64,000 bases of DNA from the IMG/VR virus record IMGVR_UViG_3300042399_001709, positions 16,784 to 80,783 of that record. One strand, 5' to 3'. Source of the stretch: a virus. Shown piece by piece: positions 47,368-56,484 of this stretch. A program made the translations under genes and the position numbers. Position 1 is the stretch's first letter, and the number at the start of each line of letters is the position of its first letter. The notes below the pieces were generated by a model. That model saw only the letters and a program-made list of their open reading frames with translations, was not told where the DNA came from and did not search any database.

Positions 47368-47919
47368 TCAGAACGGAAGGTCTGCAGAGACATGCTTGTG
47401 TCCGCAGCACTCCGGTACCTTTTCGTAGCCGTGCCTCTTTGCCTCATTGTTATACACAGCCCTGAGGGCGGCCAAGCACTTGTTGCACCGGCACGCTTCG
47501 CAAAGGTACGCTTCCTTTGCAAACAGTCGCCAAACATGAGCAACGTCGTGCTCAAGCGCAGTCTTCATGACGTGAATAAATGCTTTTGCCGGGTGCATGT
47601 GAGACTTCCCCAAGCTGTCAAGCGCAAGATCGCAAGCGGCCCCAAGGTATTCAATGTGCTTGTTGAGCTTGGCAATTACAGCATCTCGATTCTTAATTTC
47701 TTGAACGAGCCGGTCAAGCTGATACCGCGCAGGCTGGCCATGCTCGTTATCCCAATATGCCAGATGCTCGCAGCAACGCTTATCAAGGCATCCCGCGCAC
47801 GAGCACAGCTCGCAATTGCTTACTGGCTCCTTCTTAACCTCTACGTCGTAAGAATCACCCATCTCCTCGTCGTACTTACGAATGGTGATGGTCTCAGTTA
47901 CTTCCTTCTTCTTCGCCAT
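47368..47919 (-). CDS. Cys-rich hypothetical protein
   Basis: AAGGAG SD; CELCSCAGC...CCEH. Confidence 0.6.
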   Translation of the reverse strand: MAKKKEVTETITIRKYDEEMGDSYDVEVKKEPVSNCELCSCAGCLDKRCCEHLAYWDNEHGQPARYQLDRLVQEIKNRDAVIAKLNKHIEYLGAACDLALDSLGKSHMHPAKAFIHVMKTALEHDVAHVWRLFAKEAYLCEACRCNKCLAALRAVYNNEAKRHGYEKVPECCGHKHVSADLPF

Positions 47920-47933
47920 GATTTCTCCTTCTA

Positions 47934-48356
47934 TCAGACTGGTACGGGGATTGTTGCCGTAAACTCCGGCTCATCTCCCATCTCAGGCATATCTTCTACC
48001 CACGTCCAGTTCATTGCGCCAATATCATAGCGCATGCAGCACGGCGTGGCGTTAATCTCCACAAGCTCGTCATCAAACGAGCGGCCACCACCGCTCATCA
48101 CGAACGTACCGTACCGGGCGTTATACGAAGCAAACTCCACCATGTCGCCATGGTCGCCTTCTTCGGTGGCCTCTGAGGCGAGGATGTGGGTGTCCGCCGC
48201 AACACGCAGGGCGGTCTTGAAATCGAATGCTGGGCAGAGCCAGCCGTTCCACCGGTAGTCGGTGCGGACTCGGGCCGTGTAGACGCCCATAGTGCCTTCA
48301 CCAAGAGTGACCTTAATCTCTGTGCTTGTTGCCGGATCGCAATACGTGCAGCTCAT
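47934..48356 (-). CDS. hypothetical protein, paralogue of 44386-44811
   Basis: CTYCDPATS, RWNGWLCPAF, TPCCMRYDIGA; own promoter and SD. Confidence 0.65.
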   Translation of the reverse strand: MSCTYCDPATSTEIKVTLGEGTMGVYTARVRTDYRWNGWLCPAFDFKTALRVAADTHILASEATEEGDHGDMVEFASYNARYGTFVMSGGGRSFDDELVEINATPCCMRYDIGAMNWTWVEDMPEMGDEPEFTATIPVPV

Positions 48357-48376
48357 TTACTACCTCCTACTCTAGA

Positions 48377-48425
48377 GCGGGAAACCCCGCCAACACATCC
48401 TAAGGCATCGGTATTCGCCTGTCAA
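48377..48425 (-). promoter_or_regulatory. sigma70 promoter with GUUU-loop leader hairpin
   Basis: TTGACA-17-TAGGAT, then GCGGG-GTTT-CCCGC and AGTAGGAGG. Confidence 0.7.
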
Positions 48426-48979
48426 ATCCTCCGCGTTGAGTCGCACGCCCAGGCCTGGTACCTGTACCCCAGGTTAAGAATCTGGAAGGTGGAAAATGCC
48501 TTTGGGGTAAAGCCGGAGGCTAAAAGCATTTCCCGCACACCGTCGCTGTCCCAGCCCCAATAGTGCTCTTTATTATTGTTGTCAATCTCTCCATCTGGGG
48601 TCGTAAGGATTAAGTGCTTTGCCTTCTTGCTGATCTCCACTAAAACCTCATCTGGGTTGTCAAGGTGTTCGATGGTCTCAGAGCAGATAAACAAATCGAC
48701 CTCAGGGATCTCGTGGATGGTTTTTTCAATTGGTCCTACAAATTGATACGAAGGGGCAAAGTCTCCGATGTACCTTGTATCCGCCGGCAGAGCGCTGATG
48801 ATCGTTGCGTCCCCGGCAGATAGATCAGCAATAGTCTTAACATTAGGAAAATACGAAGCTAGCGCAATGGTCATCTTTACCCTGAGAATGTGGTCTTCCC
48901 ACTGCCTATGCTGATGCGGTGTCTGGTAAATCTCTGCTAGCCGAGCATCTGAGTGTTTTTGGCGAAGTCGAATCCTCAC
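48422..48979 (-). CDS. class I SAM-dependent methyltransferase-like protein
   Basis: IADLSAGDA, DLFICSETIEHLDNP, LILTTP. Confidence 0.7.
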   Translation of the reverse strand: MRIRLRQKHSDARLAEIYQTPHQHRQWEDHILRVKMTIALASYFPNVKTIADLSAGDATIISALPADTRYIGDFAPSYQFVGPIEKTIHEIPEVDLFICSETIEHLDNPDEVLVEISKKAKHLILTTPDGEIDNNNKEHYWGWDSDGVREMLLASGFTPKAFSTFQILNLGYRYQAWACDSTRRI

Positions 48980-49209
48980 GAGTTAATGCCTTTGGACTTC
49001 TTCATCGCTGCGGCCATTGCCTTTACGGGGTCTGGGTTGATTGGCCGAAGGAACTTCATCTCTGCCAGCCGGTCGTCAAGAAGCTCGTCCATCGAAGTCC
49101 TCTCAACCCTAAGCGCCAGCTGCTCACACCCCGTGCTGCAGCAGCGGCTTTCAGTCGGTTGCTCCATGGGGTTGCCGCAATAGAAGCAGCATCGTCCGCT
49201 TTCGGTCAT
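48976..49209 (-). CDS. small zinc-finger protein
   Basis: CFYC...CCSTGC; 4-nt overlaps. Confidence 0.5.
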   Translation of the reverse strand: MTESGRCCFYCGNPMEQPTESRCCSTGCEQLALRVERTSMDELLDDRLAEMKFLRPINPDPVKAMAAAMKKSKGINS

Positions 49210-49622
49210 GGCTGCTTACCGGTGCCATCGGAGTACGGCCGCATTTTACGCATTCTGCTTGGGTGCCGCAGCGTTTTCATGGCGGCGTTCTCAATCTGGC
49301 GAACACGCTCACGGGAGAGGCTAAACTCTGCGCCGATCTCTTCCATGGTCATCGGGCGGGGAAAACCAATGCCGTATCGCATGGACAGGATCTGCCGGTC
49401 ACGCGAAGGCAGGGAGTCAAGAACCGAGTGAACCGCCTCTACCATGGCGTTCCTCATGGCCTCGGTCAGTGGGTCGGCTGCGTGCTCATCTTTGAGAAAA
49501 TCTCCAAAGGAGCTGTCGCTCTCCTCAGACACCGGCGCATCTAACGAGGTAAGGTACTCTGTGTCTAGGAGCTTTTTGAGCTCGCGCACATCTTCAGCTG
49601 TGACAATTTTCTTTCGGGTCAT
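49206..49622 (-). CDS. truncated sigma70-like protein (regions 3.2-4 only)
   Basis: SLDAPVSEESDSSFGDFLKD...L..RDRQIL.MRYG...TMEEIG..F.LSRERVRQIE..A...LRHPSR; no region 2. Confidence 0.85.
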   Translation of the reverse strand: MTRKKIVTAEDVRELKKLLDTEYLTSLDAPVSEESDSSFGDFLKDEHAADPLTEAMRNAMVEAVHSVLDSLPSRDRQILSMRYGIGFPRPMTMEEIGAEFSLSRERVRQIENAAMKTLRHPSRMRKMRPYSDGTGKQP

Positions 49623-49825
49623 GACTGGGCCTCCCTCTGCTTCTTTCGCGCTTGATATGCGCGTTGATATTCCCTCCGGCGAGCCATGTGCTCAGGGGTG
49701 CGGTATTTCCGCCACTCTTGACTCTCGCTTTCGCAGGCGATGCACTTTGGCGATTCGGGTGTTTTATAAAATTCAGTATCCGTTGGCCAATCTTCCTTGC
49801 AGCGCACGCACACCTTCATTCGCAT
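49619..49825 (-). CDS. small zinc-finger protein
   Basis: KVCVRCKE...EFY...CIAC. Confidence 0.55.
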   Translation of the reverse strand: MRMKVCVRCKEDWPTDTEFYKTPESPKCIACESESQEWRKYRTPEHMARRREYQRAYQARKKQREAQS

Positions 49826-49997
49826 TAGTCTTCCTTTGCGTACTTAACCCGGTAGGCCGCCTCGCGTGCGCGGACGCAAGGATCGCACAGGGGGATGTTG
49901 CCGTCATTATCGCACCAGAGCGCCCTAGCTTGCCCATCGCAGTCGGTGCAGTCTAGCGTTGTTTTTAGTTCTTCGTCCCTGCGGAAAACGAATGGCT

Positions 49998-50219
49998 TCA
50001 CGCTGGCGTACCGCAATTCACCGCAACCGCGTTTCCGGCAATGTCGATGCCGTTTGGAGCAGGGTTCGGATAGACACTGACCTCATACCCGCATTTCTCG
50101 CACTGGGCATGGCTGGCAAGATCCCAGCCGGCACCCATCAGGTGGGTGAACTTGGTGAGCTGGTGGCCGCGAGTCTTGGCGACCTTTCGGGCGGTTTTTC
50201 TAAGTTCTCGAGTCTTCAT
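49998..50219 (-). CDS. hypothetical protein
   Basis: TAGGAGG SD; CEKC. Confidence 0.55.
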   Translation of the reverse strand: MKTRELRKTARKVAKTRGHQLTKFTHLMGAGWDLASHAQCEKCGYEVSVYPNPAPNGIDIAGNAVAVNCGTPA

Positions 50220-50376
50220 GGTTCCCTCCTACTAAGGTATCGGGAGGCGGGGTAGGAGTCCCGCCTCAACCGACACAAGTGCCCCACCGGGTTATGGCGA
50301 ACCGTTCTACTTCCGAGAGCAGAGACTCGCATCTCTTTTCCCCGGTTGTTGATGTTCCCCGGCGGGTACAAGAGGA

Positions 50377-50405
50377 ACGGTATCAGGCCGCAAACAGACT
50401 GTCAA
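50377..50405 (-). promoter_or_regulatory. sigma70-type promoter with a long leader
   Basis: TTGACA-17-TACCGT, about 150 nt upstream of the ATG at 50219. Confidence 0.5.
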
Positions 50406-50522
50406 ATCGGGGTTATCGCCGCTTATTCTTACGGGACTCTTTGATCTCGTACCGAGCCTGTTCCACAATGATGAGCACGCCCATGGCTATGGCAACCACC
50501 CATGCCCAATCCCCAAAATCAC

Positions 50523-51176
50523 TCATTTGGCCTTCTCCTTATTTTGCGTTGGCTCATATGTCCACGAGTCTTCGTCACCTAGGCCCCAACGGCCACCCTC
50601 AGCCGAGAACTCTTTGGTGCTGACCTTAAAGTTCGGCATCTTTGGCTCCTTTGCCACAATAGCCTCATCAAGCCACAGCACCCGGTTGTTTGGCTGGGCG
50701 GCAAATTGCCCGTTGTCTAGGCGGATAAAGTTATAGGACTTATGCTCAGAGGGGACACGCGCCCAGTTTGCGTCGATCTCGTTCGGTTCAGTATGTACCA
50801 TGTCAACGGTAAAGAGGTAGTGCCCCTCTCCCCATGTGCCCGCCGGGGTTCGGAACTTACACCGCATATTCTTAAGCACGGCCTTTTCGATCACGCTCAG
50901 CTGGGGGGAGATAGCGTCCCAGAGCTGCAGGTCACCCAGCTTCAAGTCAGGGCTTGGGGTCTCCGGCTTCCAGACAAAGGCGCTGATCGGCAGCTTGTCA
51001 TAGAGCGCACCGTACTCCGGAAGGAACGCTTCGATATACAAGGCGCGGTGGCGGATTGCCTTGACGGTTACCCAATAGGCAGGAGTGAATTCTCCGTGGC
51101 TGTCTTGCAAGTCGCGCAGGTACTCCTTGCGGACGTAGCAGGCAATTGGCGGGATATTTGCAATGACGTATGACAT
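50523..51176 (-). CDS. conserved phage hypothetical protein
   Basis: MSYVIANIPP..CYVRKEYL...GALYDKLPISAF...EHKS...NGQFAAQPNNR. Confidence 0.75.
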   Translation of the reverse strand: MSYVIANIPPIACYVRKEYLRDLQDSHGEFTPAYWVTVKAIRHRALYIEAFLPEYGALYDKLPISAFVWKPETPSPDLKLGDLQLWDAISPQLSVIEKAVLKNMRCKFRTPAGTWGEGHYLFTVDMVHTEPNEIDANWARVPSEHKSYNFIRLDNGQFAAQPNNRVLWLDEAIVAKEPKMPNFKVSTKEFSAEGGRWGLGDEDSWTYEPTQNKEKAK

Positions 51177-51185
51177 ATCTTCCCC

Positions 51186-51752
51186 TTACAACAAGATGAT
51201 GGGAATTGTGACCATTAGGCCAATGCCAACCACCCACAGGACTGCGGCAAACGCCACAAGGTAGGAGGCGTTCTTCCGGCTTTTCATCGGAGAGGTGACA
51301 CCCAGGGCAAACAGGGCAACGGCAAAGATACCCGTAAGTACCTGCAGTCGGTTGCTGTAGCCGCCTTCAAGCTCAGAGAGCGCAAGGAATTCGTCTCCGC
51401 TGTTATACATCTCGTTATATGGGCCATACACGGCGTCCATATACTCCGCGCAGTCTGGCAGTTGGGTCGCGGGGAAGATTTTGGTCTGGCACGGCACCGC
51501 GTACACGCTGAACTCATATGAGCCACCAAGGCCGGTGTCCCAGGCCAGCAGGTCGGCCCGGTACTTGACCTCTGCCGTAATCCACAGGTTATTCGCGTCA
51601 GCGATAATCAGCTGGTAGTCGCCATAGGCGGCAGACGACGCATTGTTGTGGAATGAGGCCTGGATCGCTGTCCAGGCGGTGGTGGTCGACACAAGGCCGA
51701 TCAGCAGGACTACGATCAGTTCCTCAGAGAACTTGCGCAATATGTATGCCAT
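51186..51752 (-). CDS. multi-pass membrane protein
   Basis: One N-terminal and two C-terminal TM helices; AGGAG SD. Confidence 0.7.
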   Translation of the reverse strand: MAYILRKFSEELIVVLLIGLVSTTTAWTAIQASFHNNASSAAYGDYQLIIADANNLWITAEVKYRADLLAWDTGLGGSYEFSVYAVPCQTKIFPATQLPDCAEYMDAVYGPYNEMYNSGDEFLALSELEGGYSNRLQVLTGIFAVALFALGVTSPMKSRKNASYLVAFAAVLWVVGIGLMVTIPIILL

Positions 51753-52288
51753 AGTGTATCTCCTAGCTTGCTAGCGCCAGCACGCAGCCGATGACAATGC
51801 CGGCAAGCGTAGATGCTACCAACACGGGGTTCTCATCGAAGACTTCTCTCATGTATTCAACCATATGCTTTTCCATCTAGACATTCTACCACCGTCGTAT
51901 TATTGCGCAGCTCTGTGGTTGTCTACGCCAGTGAGCCTCAGGCTCGGCCCGAAGACGCCGAAGGCGGCTGAGTCGTGAGAGGAGGGTCACGGTGCCGTGA
52001 GGCAGGCGCCGTATACGCTCCATAGGGAAGGAGAAACACTAAGAGATCGTAGAGAGAGCAAAGAGGTTCGATCATGGCTGATTCGTTCTGTGCTGGGGAC
52101 TGTTATCCCTCTCTGCGCTATGACCTGATCTTCCCGGTGCTGGGCATTTCTTTTTGCTGGTGGTGGGTTGGTGGTGATTTGGTGAAGGAATCTTATAGAT
52201 GATAAAAGAGTGGTGGGTTGGGATGCTTGCATACCTGGGCAGGGCAGCCAGGCCGTTTTTCCCTCACTTCACAACTAATACCTACAGT

Positions 52289-52381
52289 GTTATTCCCGCA
52301 GTTATTCGCACCGGAGTTATTACCACAGCTATTATTCTGGCCAGTTATTCGGGTTATTCCAGTTATTCCATCGTGTTATTC
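52289..52381. repeat. eight short direct repeats (G/A)TTATT(C/A) at the strand switch
   Basis: Copies at 52289, 52301, 52316, 52331, 52344, 52353, 52362, 52375. Confidence 0.8.
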
Positions 52382-52467
52382 CTGGTGGGCATTGTTAAGG
52401 CGTCTTAACACAACAGGCCAGCGCAGGGCACGAATAGAAAGTTAAGATTCCTTATCGTGCTGGGTGG

Positions 52468-52530
52468 TTGACAGCGTGATAGTCAGGCCTTAGGATTAGG
52501 GATGCCCCACTTGGGGTGTGTAGTAGGAGG
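52468..52530 (+). promoter_or_regulatory. sigma70 promoter, ACUU hairpin and SD
   Basis: TTGACA-17-TAGGAT; GCCCC-ACTT-GGGGT; GTAGTAGGAGG. Confidence 0.75.
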
Positions 52531-52537
52531 TACCGGT

Positions 52538-52789
52538 ATGGCAGATGGCCAGAAGTATGAGAGCGGGTTGCTCGATGGATTCCTGAGGAGCCGAGCAGCT
52601 ACCGCGTTCCTGAATGGCAGGGAGTCAGAGAACCCTATGGCGGCAATGGAGTGGCTCCGTGCGGGTGTCGCCTATCAGGAGGCCTTGGTCTCCTATGAGA
52701 AGGATGGAGACTCCGAGGAAGTACGGAGGCTCACCGCCGAAGGTATGGACTATGCGGATAAGGCGATCTCCTTGGAGAAGCAGTCATGA
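52538..52789 (+). CDS. hypothetical early protein
   Basis: Strong SD before the ATG at 52538. Confidence 0.65.
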   Translation: MADGQKYESGLLDGFLRSRAATAFLNGRESENPMAAMEWLRAGVAYQEALVSYEKDGDSEEVRRLTAEGMDYADKAISLEKQS

Positions 52790-53097
52790 AGGCCTATCTT
52801 CATAAGGGCTGCTCTGGGAAGACCCGGGCGTCAGGCGAGTGGTGGGATGGTATCTACTTCTATGGGATGCTTGAGGTTGTCTGCTCGATTACCGGCGAAG
52901 GGGATCGGGCCGCGATTGGCATTCAGGCGAACCCTGAGGAATACACCTACCCAGACATTACCGAGATTCGTTGCCACGACTGTGGTGAGAGCATTAGGAA
53001 GGTCAGTATGCCGGCCCTGAAGCTTGAGTCGCGCATTGGCCACGATCCCGAATCGTATGGTCTGGTATACTCAGACTCCACAATCGTTCAGCCGTAG
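52786..53097 (+). CDS. hypothetical protein
   Basis: ATGA overlap; CHDC. Confidence 0.6.
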   Translation: MKAYLHKGCSGKTRASGEWWDGIYFYGMLEVVCSITGEGDRAAIGIQANPEEYTYPDITEIRCHDCGESIRKVSMPALKLESRIGHDPESYGLVYSDSTIVQP

Positions 53098-53162
53098 GAG
53101 GTATTTATGAGCCGCTATTTGTTATGGCTTCTCTGGTTCTTTGTCGCAGGGTGGTTCTGGTA

Positions 53163-53432
53163 ATGATGGCGTGGATTGTTCAGGCCTATACCTATGAAGG
53201 TGGGATTCATTGCGAAGGGTGTGCCGAATCCCGGTTTGGCGCGGAGCTTAGTAGCACGGCCTTAGACTCCGAGGGGAATGCTCCCTATCCGGTCTTTGCC
53301 TCAGATGACTTCTGCCCTTGCGGGGAGTGGTGTCTGTCGTGTGGTGCCGCGATCAGTGAGGCCTATACCCACGAGCCGGGGATGTGTTCCCGGGGGTTCG
53401 ATAACTGCCGACTGGTGGTGCCAAGTGAGTGA
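53163..53432 (+). CDS. Cys-rich hypothetical protein
   Basis: AYTYEGGIHCEGC...DSEGN..YPVF. Confidence 0.6.
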   Translation: MMAWIVQAYTYEGGIHCEGCAESRFGAELSSTALDSEGNAPYPVFASDDFCPCGEWCLSCGAAISEAYTHEPGMCSRGFDNCRLVVPSE

Positions 53433-53433
53433 G

Positions 53434-53661
53434 ATGAGCGACGATGAGGTCGATCAGGAATTTCAGATCATCTCTATTACGGTGTCATGGGGAGTGGAGG
53501 ACATTCTCCGGCTCTACCCAGACTGGACGCCAGATGAGGCCGAACATTTCATTGACAGTTCGTATCGGGAAATTGCTGCGGAGGTTCGAGAAGCCGGCGA
53601 CAGCATGATCCATAAGATTGTCAAGGAGATTGAGAGGGGAGATCGTGGCGCGTCGAACTAG
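53434..53661 (+). CDS. hypothetical acidic protein
   Basis: SWGVEDI...PDWT.DEA..F. Confidence 0.55.
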   Translation: MSDDEVDQEFQIISITVSWGVEDILRLYPDWTPDEAEHFIDSSYREIAAEVREAGDSMIHKIVKEIERGDRGASN

Positions 53662-53807
53662 CGAATGGGAGGGTGCTCCGGCACCCCGCTGTCCGAACAA
53701 TGTTAGGCACGGCCTTGTTCCCGATCCGAACGGAGCATGGGTCTGCGAGGATTGTCGAGCTGCCCACAAGCCCAGGAGCAAGACACCATTCCGGTTTGCG
53801 TTCGTAC

Positions 53808-53872
53808 TTGACAAGGTGGTAGACAACCCAGATACTAAGTAAATCCCGCTTGGGATAGGAAGTAGTAGGAGG
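53808..53872 (+). promoter_or_regulatory. sigma70 promoter, GCUU hairpin and SD
   Basis: TTGACA-17-GATACT; ATCCC-GCTT-GGGAT; GTAGTAGGAGG. Confidence 0.65.
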
Positions 53873-53877
53873 AAGTT

Positions 53878-54066
53878 ATGGCGCGAACATACTTGGTGAG
53901 CTTGTCTATCGAGGTAGACGAGCGCGGAGACCATCCGGCAAACTGGGATTGGAATACCCTGCTTGATACGCCGTATGGCGTTGAGGTGGTGTATACCGCA
54001 GAACTCGCTCCGGTCGATCAGTTCTCACCCGAGGACGAGATCGTTGTGCCGGTAGCACAGCAGTAG
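53878..54066 (+). CDS. hypothetical protein
   Basis: Strong SD. Confidence 0.6.
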   Translation: MARTYLVSLSIEVDERGDHPANWDWNTLLDTPYGVEVVYTAELAPVDQFSPEDEIVVPVAQQ

Positions 54067-54075
54067 GAGGAAGTT

Positions 54076-54345
54076 ATGGAAGTCAATCATGACGCGCTAG
54101 TAAAGGAGCGCGAGAAGCTTCTGCCAGAGGATCGGGAAGTTCATTACATCATCAGTGAGATGCTTGAGCCGCTGCGCGGCGCGCGGATTATTGGTGGCCG
54201 GGTTGAGGAAGGCGACGATTATTTCCCCCCATTCCCGGTTCTTATTATTGAGGACATTCACGGCGACAAGTTCGAGGTGATTGTCTCGGCAGACGACGAG
54301 ATGAACGGCGGCGGTCGTCTTATCTTTCAGGTTGCCGATAGGTAG
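54076..54345 (+). CDS. hypothetical protein
   Basis: TAGGAGG SD; DDEMNGGG. Confidence 0.65.
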   Translation: MEVNHDALVKEREKLLPEDREVHYIISEMLEPLRGARIIGGRVEEGDDYFPPFPVLIIEDIHGDKFEVIVSADDEMNGGGRLIFQVADR

Positions 54346-54409
54346 TTGACAGGATAATACCGATACCCTAGTATCGTTAGCACGGCAGTTGCCGTATTGT
54401 TGTAGGAGG
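54346..54409 (+). promoter_or_regulatory. sigma70 promoter, AGUU hairpin and SD
   Basis: TTGACA-17-TAGTAT; ACGGC-AGTT-GCCGT; TGTAGGAGG. Confidence 0.75.
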
Positions 54410-54413
54410 CAGT

Positions 54414-54980
54414 ATGGATAAGCATAGGACACGAATCGAGCAGGACACAGCCGACGGCTACGATGTCCTTGGCGACCGCGCAGGTCAGTTCTATACCGGA
54501 GAGAAGGCCGCAAACTACGGCTTCCCGTGGGATGTCAAGCTTCCGGTCGATGACGAGAATACGGCGACCTTCACGCCACCGGCAGACGCGGTGTATGTCC
54601 ATAAGCTTTATGGCTACTCGCACTCCGGCATGAGCATCAGCCTTGCGCCGTTCACCGACAAGTGGGATTCCGCGCAGATTGGCTTCTATGTCATTGAGAA
54701 GGAACAGGCAAAGTTCTGGCTCGGTGATTCGTATACCGAGGAGGAGCTTGCGGCGAAGGCCGAATCCGAGATTAGCGTCGTAGACTCCGTGCTTCGTGGC
54801 GAGGTCTATTGCGTCATCTTGGAGAAGTCGGTTGATTGCGGCGTTCACTCGCACGAGAACACTTGGGAAGTCGTGGAGTCGTTGGGCGGCATCATTGGCT
54901 ACGACCAAGCAGAAGCCGAGGCCGACGCAATGATTCGCTACAAGAAGGGCATCGTGGACTATCAGGGGGAGCCAGTATGA
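54414..54980 (+). CDS. conserved phage/plasmid early hypothetical protein
   Basis: YSHSGMSIS..PF.D.WDS.Q.GF...LRGEVY. Confidence 0.7.
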   Translation: MDKHRTRIEQDTADGYDVLGDRAGQFYTGEKAANYGFPWDVKLPVDDENTATFTPPADAVYVHKLYGYSHSGMSISLAPFTDKWDSAQIGFYVIEKEQAKFWLGDSYTEEELAAKAESEISVVDSVLRGEVYCVILEKSVDCGVHSHENTWEVVESLGGIIGYDQAEAEADAMIRYKKGIVDYQGEPV

Positions 54981-55261
54981 GCGGCCAGATGGATAGTTGC
55001 CGGAGCTGTAAGGCGATGGTCTTTTATGCCGACGAGAAGGTTATCGGTACTTGGAATGGCGAGCCGAACACGCGCTTCGATGTGCTCGACTTCGACCAGT
55101 ACGAGGCCGGTATCCCTGAGGGCTATGAGGTCTATTGCTTGGACTGCGCGCCGTGCGAGTGTGAGTTTCATCCGCCATTTATGTCGGACAAGGCCGCTCG
55201 TGATGCGGGGTGGTGCTTCTTGCCAAGCTGCGATTTCGTAGAGGCGCACCGGCACGCTTGA
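54977..55261 (+). CDS. Cys-rich hypothetical protein
   Basis: ATGA overlap; CxxC pairs. Confidence 0.55.
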   Translation: MSGQMDSCRSCKAMVFYADEKVIGTWNGEPNTRFDVLDFDQYEAGIPEGYEVYCLDCAPCECEFHPPFMSDKAARDAGWCFLPSCDFVEAHRHA

Positions 55262-55323
55262 CGAGCAAGCCATTAGGTTGTAAGGTAGTACCACTCCACT
55301 TGGAGTAAGGATGTTGTAGGAGG
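55258..55323 (+). promoter_or_regulatory. sigma70 promoter, ACUU hairpin and SD
   Basis: TTGACG-17-TAAGGT; ACTCC-ACTT-GGAGT; TGTAGGAGG. Confidence 0.7.
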
Positions 55324-55327
55324 CAGT

Positions 55328-56128
55328 ATGCCAAACTGGTGCGTAAATCAGGTTGATGTAAAGGGCGACGAGGCAGATGTCGCGCGGCTCATTGAGTTGG
55401 TGAAGGGCGATAAGGATGCGTTTGACTTTGCCAAGATTGTGCCGACACCGGATAGCCCTATCTATTCTGCGGCAGAGACCCAGAACGATTTCCTCTGTGG
55501 CTGTAAGAAGGTCTGGGTCGAGACGAAGGCGCAGGTCGGCTTGTACAACGAGGAAGGCTACGAGAAGGCTGAAGGCCTCTGGGTAGTAGATGGCTTCCCT
55601 GTCGTCAAGGAAGTGCTGAACAACGGAACCATCAAGGACTTTGTAGCTGCCGGATTCGGCGGCTCGGAAGTATGTCCTACCCATAAGGTCGGACAGATTT
55701 CATCGCAGCCAGACTGGTGGTACAACTGGAATGTTGCCAACTGGGGAACCAAGTGGAACTGCGGAGAGGTGTGGCACGACCGCACGACCGAGGAGATTAC
55801 CGAGCAGGGTCGCACATCGTACAACTTTGATACGGCGTGGTCGCCAGCCGAGCCGGTCATTGAGGCTCTTGCCGAGCAGTTTCCAACGCTTACCATTACG
55901 CATCGCTATTGCGAGGCGGGTATGGGCTTTGCGGGTGAGGTTGTGTATGAGCGCGGGTCGTTCGTCTCACGAGACGAATACAGCTCTGATAACGATAATC
56001 TCCCAGACGACGCCTACTTCGATGAAGGAGATGGCTCTCGCGGGTACGAACGCAACTATGATAAGGTTCCAATGACCGCCTTTGAGTCGTTCTGTGATGA
56101 GCACTTCGGCGGCGTAGTAGGAGGTTGA
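55328..56128 (+). CDS. YubB/DUF1281-like ferredoxin-fold protein
   Basis: MPNWC...WYNWNVANWGTKWN...FDTAWSP...Y.E.GMGFAG. Confidence 0.8.
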   Translation: MPNWCVNQVDVKGDEADVARLIELVKGDKDAFDFAKIVPTPDSPIYSAAETQNDFLCGCKKVWVETKAQVGLYNEEGYEKAEGLWVVDGFPVVKEVLNNGTIKDFVAAGFGGSEVCPTHKVGQISSQPDWWYNWNVANWGTKWNCGEVWHDRTTEEITEQGRTSYNFDTAWSPAEPVIEALAEQFPTLTITHRYCEAGMGFAGEVVYERGSFVSRDEYSSDNDNLPDDAYFDEGDGSRGYERNYDKVPMTAFESFCDEHFGGVVGG

Positions 56129-56130
56129 GT

Positions 56131-56484
56131 ATGAAGGCGGTTTACAGCGCGTACATTGACGGCAATACGATTGACGAAATCGTGGAGTCGGGAGAGGACT
56201 TTGTCTACTCCGACATCTATCCGCAGGTGGAAGGCGTCTTTGGCAGGACGGCCTTGTATGAGGCTCTTGCCGGAGCTTCGGAAGGGTTCGCTCAGGAGGA
56301 GCTGACCATTATGCTCAACGGCACGCCGTTCATTAGCCACGAGCGGCACGGACAGGTCGTTCTTGGGTGGATTGACGGAATGCGCGGCAGCAATGTCAGC
56401 ATCTTTAGCCACGATGAGCCGGCGAAGGAATACATGGAATACCTCCGCGAGAGCGCAGAGCGCGAGCGAATCTCATGGACTTGA
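56131..56484 (+). CDS. hypothetical protein
   Basis: TAGGAGG SD. Confidence 0.6.
   Translation: MKAVYSAYIDGNTIDEIVESGEDFVYSDIYPQVEGVFGRTALYEALAGASEGFAQEELTIMLNGTPFISHERHGQVVLGWIDGMRGSNVSIFSHDEPAKEYMEYLRESAERERISWT

Noticed and set aside
51930-51975. Small branched hairpin CTCAG..CGCC-GAA-GGCG..CTGAG as a ribozyme or ssDNA promoter
   Set aside because: No hammerhead or other ribozyme core recognised and only a single copy; covered by the strand-switch finding
52289-52381. GTTATTC repeats as a CRISPR or mini-array
   Set aside because: Repeats are 7 bp with 2-8 bp gaps, far too short, and no cas gene is visible
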